From Acidobacteriota bacterium (lineage in GTDB: Bacteria; Acidobacteriota; UBA6911; RPQK01; JADFOI01), in NCBI GenBank assembly GCA_963663035.1, contig OY760074.1, positions 1,056,001 to 1,120,000 on the forward strand: DNA of 64,000 nt, read 5' to 3'. The notes beneath the pieces are model-generated. The model had not been told where the DNA came from and made no database searches. It worked only from the letters and a program-made list of their open reading frames with translations. Of this stretch, positions 28,955 to 37,637 are shown piece by piece. The stretch's first letter is position 1, and each line of letters begins with the position of its first letter. Made by a program: the position numbers and the translations under genes.

Positions 28955-29204
28955 TAATAAGGGTTGGTTGGGTAAATTGTCGTTTCATGATCCTTTCTTT
29001 TCTTAGGTCCTTTGACATTTCTTAGATGGCGTCTTCTGGTGTGATATGCACCTTCACTGGCTTCACGTCTCGGTGAATGACGCCCTTCTGCTGAGATTTC
29101 CGTGAATGCTTACCTTCAGGAGATGAAAGGCAATGCAGAGGTCAGGTAGGGTCACTGGATTTGGAGTACACAGTACCGACAAGTCCAGCAAACGTTCCGA
29201 GTGC

Positions 29205-29849
29205 TTACAAAGAAGAACAATATAACTTTGCGGATTCTTCAAGAATATACGACAAAGTCGTTGCCGGCTCTTGCGTCGAGTCAATGATGGTATGGATCCC
29301 ATAGAAGCTAAAGGCTATGACGAGAATCTCGAAGACTCTGGGATAGCGCAACAGGGATGGCAGAAAGTAGATCATGAAGAAGAGGGCGGGTATGCTATAG
29401 CTAATCACTACAACATCATTCCAGTTGCGGAAGATCCCAAAGGGAGCTTCACCTGAGACTGATCTGTAGTTGAGGTAGCGTCCCATTTCCTCATGAAACC
29501 CGACTAATTCGTCCAGTGATAAAAACCCGATGGCCATGGCCATTAACAGCCAAAAGTACCTGTGCCGGTTCTCTTGATCAGGTGACATAAAAAAGGAAGC
29601 AAAAGCAAACCCTCCTCCCATCGCCAGGAAAATAGCAGACAGCGCCGTAATCATCCCCCTCTCGGACCTGAAATGAAGCGAGAGTGGTTCATCTGCCGGG
29701 GTCATTGCTAGGGCAAGTAGAATGTACAACAGGACGGAGGTGACCAGAGTCGCCGTTAGCCATCCGATCCGGGGAGGTGGTGTTGTGCGGCGTATAGCCA
29801 GGGACTCTCGCACAAGACTCTGGTAGCGACTAGTAGGGTTATAAGTCAT
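29205..29849 (-). CDS. multi-pass membrane protein, possibly truncated by a premature TAA
   Basis: SERG.IT, LSLDE..GFHE, EESAKL motifs; start uncertain (ATG 29849 or later). Confidence 0.6.
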   Translation of the reverse strand: MTYNPTSRYQSLVRESLAIRRTTPPPRIGWLTATLVTSVLLYILLALAMTPADEPLSLHFRSERGMITALSAIFLAMGGGFAFASFFMSPDQENRHRYFWLLMAMAIGFLSLDELVGFHEEMGRYLNYRSVSGEAPFGIFRNWNDVVVISYSIPALFFMIYFLPSLLRYPRVFEILVIAFSFYGIHTIIDSTQEPATTLSYILEESAKLYCSSL

Positions 29850-30020
29850 AACTAGTGTAAGGGCCCCACAGCTGTAAGACACATACGCTCTATATCTTAC
29901 CACCCTTTGGGGGGATGAGGTGTTGAGTGGGAGACACACAGATCCACCTTCGCCGCACTGAGGCGGCTCCCAAATTCTCCAAGCAACAAGGACCAGAACG
30001 TGAAAGGCCGCCGAACTGAG

Positions 30021-30045
30021 CGTGGGAGGCACCTCAGGTGCCGAA
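30021..30045. repeat. REP family B
   Basis: CGTGGGAGGCACCTCAGGTGCCGAA. Confidence 0.9.
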
Positions 30046-30105
30046 TTAGACAGGTGTCAGTGGTCAGAGGTCAGCGGTTAACGGGGTACCTCTCCTGCCT
30101 CTGGT

Positions 30106-30918
30106 ATGCTGGAAATAGTGCAAGAGGTAGGCGGGATCATAGGCATCGTATTCCCGGTACTGGTCGCTTTTGTTCTGAACAGGTTCCGGCCGGTGCTCGA
30201 GAGTGATGAAGGAGGGCAGCTACCCAAGGGAAGTGATGCTGTGCCTGCTGGAGACCCATCGCTTTCTCAACGTGAGCACCTGAGCAGTGTCGGAACTTTT
30301 TTCCTGTTCTTCTTAGTGCTCGCAGTTCCCCTTGCCTGGCTGCAGTGGCACGCCTTCCACCTCGCTTCAGAGAGCAGTCAGTGGCTTTTTTCATGGCGGG
30401 TCACGGATCTCTGGCTCTACCCGATGATTCCGGGATTGTTTCTGGGCTTGATCCTTGCATTCTGGGTACAGTGGCATTACTTGCGTCGGTATCGGCCCAA
30501 GAGGTTCTGGTATCTTCTGGATCGACGTTACAAGAATCAGCCGTCCTTACGGCAGAACTTTGAGGCCTGGCCATGGATCACCTGGATTCTTGCTGGGGGA
30601 CTCGTGGTGTTGAACTGGGCTTGTTTTGACACCTTTCTACAGGTCGGTACAGACAGGATTCGCTATAGTTCTTTTTTCAGCCCGTCTTCCTATGAACACT
30701 CGATTGATGAGATCTCGTGTGTGGTTGTCTATTCGCTCCGACAGGCACCCAACGGCAAAATCAACGAGAAGCCTTACTTAGAGCTGGAACTGAAGGGTGG
30801 CCAGGTGGTCGATACCTATTACCTGATGGAGCCTGAGCACATCCCGGTTGTGGTGGATCTCCTGTCAGCGGTATCGGACTCGAAGGTCTCAGTTGTGCGG
30901 AAGCGCGGCCCAAAATAG
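30106..30918 (+). CDS. hypothetical membrane protein (about 4 TM plus soluble C-terminal domain)
   Basis: 270-aa ORF with hydrophobic segments, flanked by GTCAGNN heptamer repeats. Confidence 0.6.
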   Translation: MLEIVQEVGGIIGIVFPVLVAFVLNRFRPVLESDEGGQLPKGSDAVPAGDPSLSQREHLSSVGTFFLFFLVLAVPLAWLQWHAFHLASESSQWLFSWRVTDLWLYPMIPGLFLGLILAFWVQWHYLRRYRPKRFWYLLDRRYKNQPSLRQNFEAWPWITWILAGGLVVLNWACFDTFLQVGTDRIRYSSFFSPSSYEHSIDEISCVVVYSLRQAPNGKINEKPYLELELKGGQVVDTYYLMEPEHIPVVVDLLSAVSDSKVSVVRKRGPK

Positions 30919-30962
30919 CAGCCTGTCAGCTGTCGGGGGTCAGCTGTCAGCGGTCAGCGGTG

Positions 30963-31457
30963 TCAGTGGCTTACAGCAGCGGAGACTTCCGAACAACTCA
31001 TGTGCAGGATGGCCGCATGGGCGCCAATTTCAGTCAGACCCAGGCTTGTGCTCCCGATCTGATGGCACACCGTGCAGCCGAAGCGCTCAAAGTCGACGCG
31101 GGTTGTCCTCTGTTGCTCGTTCCATTGCGCTTCCGGTACCGAGAGAGTCTCCCACACGGTTGTGAGCATCCCAGGACAGCCTTGAAAGTCTCTGGCCATC
31201 ACTTCACCGTAAGCTGTGAGTCCAAAAACGCCCGTTTGGGTGAGCGAATGGCAAGTCTCACACCCGTAAGAATCATAAACCCACTGGGCAACCTCCCGTG
31301 AGCTTTTTCCCTGGGTGTCGTACTCCAACAGCGAGGTGACCTCAGAGGGCGCGGGAAGTTCGTCCGATTCGGTTCTCTGCCAGAAAAGGAAGCCGAGTAC
31401 AAGAAGAAACGCAATGGAAAAGGGTATCACCCGCATCAAGAGCTTGCGCTTTTCCAT
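30963..31457 (-). CDS. membrane-anchored di-heme cytochrome c
   Basis: N-terminal TM; CETCH and CTVCH in two internally similar halves. Confidence 0.8.
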   Translation of the reverse strand: MEKRKLLMRVIPFSIAFLLVLGFLFWQRTESDELPAPSEVTSLLEYDTQGKSSREVAQWVYDSYGCETCHSLTQTGVFGLTAYGEVMARDFQGCPGMLTTVWETLSVPEAQWNEQQRTTRVDFERFGCTVCHQIGSTSLGLTEIGAHAAILHMSCSEVSAAVSH

Positions 31458-31478
31458 AGAGCTGAGCTGTTCTTGAAA

Positions 31479-33840
31479 TTACCTATCTTCATACATCTCG
31501 GGCAGGGAATAGGTTAGCACCGCATTCACCCACTTGTCCGAGACGATAACGGTCTTACTCTCCGGGTCCAGTACCACGCCACGGGGCTGTTTCAACATGC
31601 CGTTTGGTCCTCCGATCCTCCAGCGAGGCGGGACATCCCCGTTGTCGTCAATACTCCATACGCCCACGAAGGCGCGATTGGATACCGGTTCTTCGCCGCC
31701 CGAGTCCCCAACCACGATCCATCCTCCGGGAGGATGAACGCGGACGTGCTCCAGGCTCTTGAGCCCTGATTGTGGACCCGCGATGACGGATCGCGGTTTC
31801 ACGTTTCCTTCGTCGGTACGATTGAAGATCAGTATGTGTTGTCTTCTGTCTGCTCCACTGCCTCCTGAGCCCACCACGATGAGCAGGTCATGGACCGGAT
31901 CAACGGCGACCGAGAAGGCCCCCAGTTGGGTGTCAGGACCTCGCAGAATTCGAATTGGGGCCACGTCCCCCTCTCCGTCCCGCGGAAACACTAATACGGA
32001 ATCTCTTTGGGGAACAAAAATCTCGTTGTTCACTGCATCGACGGCCAGCTTATCCGGATGGGTCAACTGGGTCAGAGGACCCTGAATGATGCGGATGGGT
32101 GCCTCTTCTCCATCAGCCCCTCCCCGGAAAGTGAGCAGCGCCTGGGCGAAAGGCTGCGGGACGATAATCTCATCGTGAATTTCATCATAGTTGATGGCAT
32201 GCATGGTTCGACCCAAGCGAGTTGCCTGTCCCTCGATCACCCGATTTGCTTTAACTGATCCGTTCGCCATCCTGGCGAATGCCGCAATCTGCGGATGGGC
32301 CACTCAATTGGGAACCAGGATCTCTTTCCGTTTGGTGTCAAATCCTACTGCACCCGGGTTGCCAATCATGAGAGAGGGTTCACCCATGGGGGCGCTGCGG
32401 ATGGTGCGCAAGGGCGGCGTATCGCCTCCAGCCCCACTCGGATAAACGGTCACCGTGTGATTCCCGAAGTTGGTGACCCAAAGCTCGTTGTTCTTGCTGT
32501 CCAGAAAGAGCCCGGTGATCCTGGCGGTTGGTGACCACAAAGCGACGGTTGAACCCGCCCGTATTGACACCCCCTAGAATGCGGATAGGTGCTGTATCTC
32601 CATCGGCGCTGGCATCGAACTGTCGGGGATTCTTGATGCCCGTATTGACACCCCCTAGAATGCGGATAGGTGCTGTATCTCCATCGGCGCTGGCATCGAA
32701 AACCAGTACGGAATCGAGCATGTCGTTGGCCACAAACAGTTCACCGTTCTCCGAGTCAACGACTATTCCAGTGGGCCAGTTCAGCTGAGTTCTGGGGCCT
32801 TCGATGACACGAAGCGGCGGCGTATTCCCGCTAGCGTCCTTTGGATAGACCGTAATGGAAGGCGAGACGAACTGGCCCGAACCGGGAACAACCATATCGC
32901 GTCCCAGTGGCCAATTTTCCTTTCGCGAACCGCTTCCTGAATCTGAGGGGCTGGTTCGGCGCACCGAGCCATGGTTGGCGACGAAGATCAAATTGTTTTT
33001 GGTGTCCAGTGCCATCCCGTGTGGATCTGCCAGGCCCGTCCGGTCACCCTGAAGCAAACGGATGGGGGCCTCCTGTTGTGAGGCCTGCTTGTGAAACACC
33101 ACCACTGCGTTGTCGTGCTGAACGCTCAGGAAGAGTTCCTGGGCTTCTTCGTCTACCGCTATGCCAAAGGTTCCCTGTGGAGTCGCGAGTTCCCGATCGG
33201 GGGCGACGTCTCCCTTGGCTTCACGGGAGAAAACCAGGAGGGTTCTCATGGTGTCGTTATTGACTGCATAGATGTCGCCTGTTTCCTGGTCAATGTAAAG
33301 GCCGCACTGAAACTCGATTTTTGTGTTTAATCCTGCGATAACGCGTTTGGGTTCAGTCATGGCGTTGGGAGAACTATTGGCCAGACGGTCATAGACGAGA
33401 ATCTGAAAGAGATTTTCGTCTGTCACGGCGACTTCATTCCGTTCCAAATCGACCGCCACGGAGCTGAAACCTGCATAGGGATCTCGAATCACCCGCAGGG
33501 GCCTTCGAGTTGAGGTCCCCGCTGTCCCGGCCTGCAAGGCCTCGGTCGTGACTGCCCGAGCTGAGAACTGAGTTTGCTGCCAGAGAGCTGAAACGAAGTT
33601 CGGACTGACTGAGGCTGAGACGGGGAGGCAAGCCTCCCCTCCTTGCATCTCTGGAAAAGGCTGGTAAGAAACGAGTTGAGCGTCACCGGCCAGGTGGCCT
33701 TCAGGAGCCTTCATGGCTGCAGCCAACTCACCGTGGCCAGCTGACGGCCCATAAAAACCCCATCCCGCCACGGCCCCCAGGAGAGCCGAAAAGGCGATCA
33801 CCCTGAGACTCTGAAAGGTGCTGGATTTTTGAGTCATCAT
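31479..33840 (-). CDS. exported NHL/YncE-like multi-repeat beta-propeller protein with in-frame UGA (32304-32306) and a 109-bp frameshifting insertion (32517-32625)
   Basis: Track ORFs 32380-33840, 32304-32570 and 31479-32303 join into one 750-codon frame once the insertion is removed and the UGA is read through. Repeats of type GDxAPxRxIxGxxTxLxxPxGxxVD run throughout. Confidence 0.75.
32263..32294 (-). promoter_or_regulatory. candidate SECIS-like hairpins 3' of the UGA
   Basis: mRNA: UGA GUGGCCCAU CCGCA-GAU-UGCGG CA UUCGCCA-GGA-UGGCGAA. G-initiated loops lie 14 and 31 nt after the UGA. Confidence 0.4.
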
Positions 33841-33847
33841 GAACTCC

Positions 33848-35746
33848 CTAGTTTGAGGACCCCGGTCGGCGGGCCACCAAATCCTCGCGGGTGCTGATGG
33901 TGGCGCCCTCTGGTCTCAGATTGTATTCGTTGGCGAAGTCGTTGTGCAGGAAGATGAACTTGCCTCCCATCATGGTCATCAGCGTCTGGATCTCTGAAAT
34001 CTCCTCCACCGGAATGCTCATGTAGTCACGATCCAGGATGAGTAAATCGGCGAACTTTCCGGTCTCGAGAGAGCCGAGCTGGTCCCCCTTGAGGACGTAA
34101 TTGGCCCCGTTCTGGGTGGCGATCCTCAGCGCGGTTTCCCGGTCCACTCGCTCAGGGGCTCCCCAGACCTTGCCGTCCCTGTCCTTTCGGGTGATCAAGA
34201 GCTGAATTTCGCCCCAGAAGTTGTCGGCCCCCTCCAGGGAAACGTTGATACCGGCGTCGAGCATTGTCTTGATAGGGGCCCAATAGGTATGAGCAACCTC
34301 CTCGCCAAAGGCCTCAGCCACATCTCCCAGGCCGCCCCGGCCGGGGGGAGCGCAGCTCCACATCAGTCCGAGCTTGGCCGCCCGAGCAATATCAGCGGGC
34401 TCGATCAACCGGCAGTGGTCCATGGCCCAGTCCTTGACAGCTCCCGGCCGGGCCCGGTCGATACGCTCATAGGCCGCCATCAGGCGGGAGTGGGAGTCAT
34501 CCCCGGCCACGTGAACATTGGCGGTGCGCAGGCCAGCCTGGGCAAGCTCGTTGTAAAACTCCATGAAGTAGTTGGCCTTGAGGCTGGCTCCAGTCGTGCC
34601 TCCACCGTACTCAATGTCCAGACTGCACTGGCCGCGCGGCCACCACTCGGAGGATGCCGAAAGGGCCGTCACCGAAGCACCTCCGTCTTCGCCCACCGCC
34701 TGGGAGTCTCTCTGGAGGTTGGTGCACATTCTGGAGCCCGACCCATCGACTGCCCGGGCACTTATGGAAGAGATAAAGAGAATGTCGGTACCGTCGCCCA
34801 TCTTGAAGGGCGTCAGGTCCGCACCTGGAATTCCAAAGGTGGACATCTCCCCATAGGCATATCTCAGCGGCATCTGGCCTCGGGAGTCGAGCCATTGATA
34901 GGCCCGTACCGTGGAAGTGTGCAGAGCTCCCGAAATCGTGGTGATACCCGCTGCCGCAAATTCCTCGAGAAGCTGCCTGTACACCATGGCCACGTCTTCT
35001 GGTTCGGGAGCCAGCAAAAAGTCCTCATCCTGATGGAGGATACGTACGGCCGGAGGTTCTATAACGCCCGTCGGCCGGCCACTGGAGTCAATCCAGTAAC
35101 GCCCGTAGGTTTCAACGAAATCTCCGTGCTTGGCCCACAGCGCTTCAATGCCTTTGCTGTTGAGCATCATCCCGTTCACGTACGGTATCCCTATGGTCAG
35201 AGCGATGGGGTTGTCGGGAGCGGCCTTGTCCAGTTCCCATCGGTTCAGGTCGTTAAAGACCAGCTGAGCTTGCTCAGGACCCCTCGGGTTGGTGATGAAG
35301 AAGAGCCACTGGTCTGGCGGGAAGTTAAAGGCCGCAATAATGTCCCGGATCTGCTTGACAACGTCGTCCGTGGTTTTCACCAGTCTAAAGTTCAGAGCAT
35401 ATCTCTGGAGCGCGGTGGCGGACAGCCCACGGGCATAGCTGTTGGCCCCATCCAGATGCTGCTCTTCTATATGCTCGTGCGTGTTGATCAGCCCGGGAGT
35501 CACCGTCTTCCCTTTCAAATCGATCCTGAGCGTGTCGGGGCCGGCCAGGCGGAGCACGTCGTCGTTGCTTCCCACCGCCGCGATCCGGCTGCTGCGAACT
35601 GCCACGGCTTGGGCGGAGCTGAAATTCGAATCCACGGTGAGGATTTTCCCGTTGTACAAAATCGTTTCAGGAGCCTCCTGGGCAGTCGCCAAATGGACAC
35701 TTCCGAAGACACAGAAAATCACTAGGAAAAGACTTGTTAGACGCAT
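33848..35746 (-). CDS. secreted amidohydrolase-3 family protein (divergent)
   Basis: Signal peptide; PETILYNGKILTVD, INTHEH, HVAGD, MDHC, GSLETGKFADLLIL. Confidence 0.85.
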   Translation of the reverse strand: MRLTSLFLVIFCVFGSVHLATAQEAPETILYNGKILTVDSNFSSAQAVAVRSSRIAAVGSNDDVLRLAGPDTLRIDLKGKTVTPGLINTHEHIEEQHLDGANSYARGLSATALQRYALNFRLVKTTDDVVKQIRDIIAAFNFPPDQWLFFITNPRGPEQAQLVFNDLNRWELDKAAPDNPIALTIGIPYVNGMMLNSKGIEALWAKHGDFVETYGRYWIDSSGRPTGVIEPPAVRILHQDEDFLLAPEPEDVAMVYRQLLEEFAAAGITTISGALHTSTVRAYQWLDSRGQMPLRYAYGEMSTFGIPGADLTPFKMGDGTDILFISSISARAVDGSGSRMCTNLQRDSQAVGEDGGASVTALSASSEWWPRGQCSLDIEYGGGTTGASLKANYFMEFYNELAQAGLRTANVHVAGDDSHSRLMAAYERIDRARPGAVKDWAMDHCRLIEPADIARAAKLGLMWSCAPPGRGGLGDVAEAFGEEVAHTYWAPIKTMLDAGINVSLEGADNFWGEIQLLITRKDRDGKVWGAPERVDRETALRIATQNGANYVLKGDQLGSLETGKFADLLILDRDYMSIPVEEISEIQTLMTMMGGKFIFLHNDFANEYNLRPEGATISTREDLVARRPGSSN

Positions 35747-36041
35747 AGGTTCCCCCTCTTTGAAACAGAACTAGACTTGAAAACTAAGACGATCTGGATA
35801 GCTAAGGAATACCCTCTCGACACCAGCATGTCAAGTAGGGACTTTTCAACTGTTCGGCTGGTTTTGAAAAGCTCGCCGGATCAGCGAAGCAATACTGTCT
35901 GTAGGCCAACAGCCTGTTGGAGCGCTACTCCTGTAAGTGATCAAGTGCTGATGAAAAATTGCTGCACTTGATGTATAATCTAAAAACACAGAGAGACCGA
36001 ATAGTTAGGCAACAGCTCAAACGATCAGGTAAGGAAAAACA

Positions 36042-37637
36042 ATGGTAAAGATGCTCAGAACTTTTCTATTTGCCGCCGCGGCTTCCTCCTTGTTTTTTGG
36101 CTCGATTGCAGCTCAGTCGAGGGAAGAGGAAGAGGTGGATTATTTCCAAAAGTGGCTGAAGGAGGACGTGCTTTATACCATTACCCCGGAAGAGCAAGAT
36201 GTCTTCAACAAACTTCAGACCATCGAAGAGAAGGAGAGATTCATCGAGCAATTCTGGACTCGACGCGATCCCGATCCTCGAACCAGGTACAACGAATACA
36301 AAGAAGAGCACTACCGGCGCATCCAGTATGCCAATGATCACTTCGAATCAGGCATTCCTGGTTGGAAGACGGATCGGGGGATGATCTACATCAAGTTCGG
36401 TGAACCCGATCGTCTTACAGAGCATCCCACCGGGGACTATTACATGCGGCCATCCTATGAAGGTGGTGGGTCCACCAGCACCTATCCTTTCCAAATTTGG
36501 GAATACCGATACCTGGAAGGCGTTGGGGATGATGTAGAGATAGAATTTGTCGATCCCGGCTTGACCGGCGAGTACCGAATCACAACCAACCCCTGGGACA
36601 AGGATGCTTTGCTGCTGATGCCCGGTGGCGGACTGACAGATGCAGAAATGCTGGGAATGGCAGACCGCATAGATCGAATCGTGATCAAAACCAACCCTCA
36701 TGGGCACAATCCGCTGCTGCTTGGGTATGGAAGGGCCAAGGATGCACCCTTTGCGAAATTGTACACCCTCACCAATCTGCAACGAGCACCCAGTATTGAC
36801 TTTGCGGATTTTCGACGACCCGAGGTCCTCACCAACATCCGCTATGAGCTTCTGCCATTTGAGGTGGGGGTCAGCCATTTTTCCGTGGACGAGGACGAAT
36901 ACGTGGTTCCTGTGACGATAGTGGTTCCCCTCAATCATCTCGATTTCGTGGCTGCGGGCGAGGTGTACCGGTCCTCCATTGACCTTTTTGGTCAGGTGAG
37001 TGCTGTCAACGGGAGAATCATCACGACTTTCGAGGAGACCATCGGCAGCGTAAGGGCCTCCGGAGACCCTTCTGAAGATGCTAACCAGAGGTCCATGTAT
37101 CAGAAGTCACTGCGGCTGGCTCCCGGTCGCTATAAGCTGGATGTCATCCTGCACGACGCAAATAGTGAGAAGGTGGGTACCAGGAGCACGGGCATTATCC
37201 TACCCCCGGTTTCAAGTGAAGACCTGACCATAAGCTCGGTTGTACTGGCTGACCGCATTGAACTTCTAACTGAAACGGCCGAGGCAAGTCCCTATGGCCC
37301 GGCAATGGTATTTCCAAACGTCTCGGGATCGTTTCGGCCCGATCAGAGTCTCCTCCTCTTTTTCGAACTCTCGAACATCCAGATCGACAGCGCCTCCCAA
37401 TCGGGCTATCTAGTGAGCGTAGCTGAAGTTTTGAAGGGTTCCGAGAAGATCTTCAGGGAGCAGCTAAAGATTGACAATGAGAATGCGGCAAACCGAGACC
37501 GGCTGCATTTGGTGCACACCTTCGACCTGGCGGGTCTGAAACCGGGTGACTATGAAGTGGTTCTTCAGGTCCAGGATCAGATTTCCGAGCAGAACGTCGA
37601 GCGCCGGATACCCTTTAACATTGTACCTTCGAACTGA
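36042..37637 (+). CDS. GWxTD domain-containing protein
   Basis: WLKEDV.Y.IT, FIEQFW, EHYRRI.YAN, GWKTDRG.IYI.FG. Confidence 0.9.
   Translation: MVKMLRTFLFAAAASSLFFGSIAAQSREEEEVDYFQKWLKEDVLYTITPEEQDVFNKLQTIEEKERFIEQFWTRRDPDPRTRYNEYKEEHYRRIQYANDHFESGIPGWKTDRGMIYIKFGEPDRLTEHPTGDYYMRPSYEGGGSTSTYPFQIWEYRYLEGVGDDVEIEFVDPGLTGEYRITTNPWDKDALLLMPGGGLTDAEMLGMADRIDRIVIKTNPHGHNPLLLGYGRAKDAPFAKLYTLTNLQRAPSIDFADFRRPEVLTNIRYELLPFEVGVSHFSVDEDEYVVPVTIVVPLNHLDFVAAGEVYRSSIDLFGQVSAVNGRIITTFEETIGSVRASGDPSEDANQRSMYQKSLRLAPGRYKLDVILHDANSEKVGTRSTGIILPPVSSEDLTISSVVLADRIELLTETAEASPYGPAMVFPNVSGSFRPDQSLLLFFELSNIQIDSASQSGYLVSVAEVLKGSEKIFREQLKIDNENAANRDRLHLVHTFDLAGLKPGDYEVVLQVQDQISEQNVERRIPFNIVPSN

Noticed and set aside
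27716-28988. Prophage indicated by a tail-fibre/S74 gene next to a tRNA
   Set aside because: No integrase, capsid, terminase or att duplication was seen, and the protein appears to have a signal peptide.
28179-29006. 275-aa plus-strand hydrophobic repeat ORF
   Set aside because: Antisense shadow of the Asn/Thr repeat gene.
5576-30045. CRISPR array from the recurring palindromes
   Set aside because: Copies are dispersed singlets or doublets without regular unique spacers, and there are no cas genes.
32557-32700. Diversity-generating retroelement TR/VR pair
   Set aside because: The two 63-bp copies are identical with no adenine-specific differences, and no reverse transcriptase is present.
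34289-35725. Long antisense ORFs (also 8989-9948, 38386-39495, 52792-53574)
   Set aside because: They lie opposite well-supported genes, have no motifs, and are expected from codon bias in GC-rich DNA.
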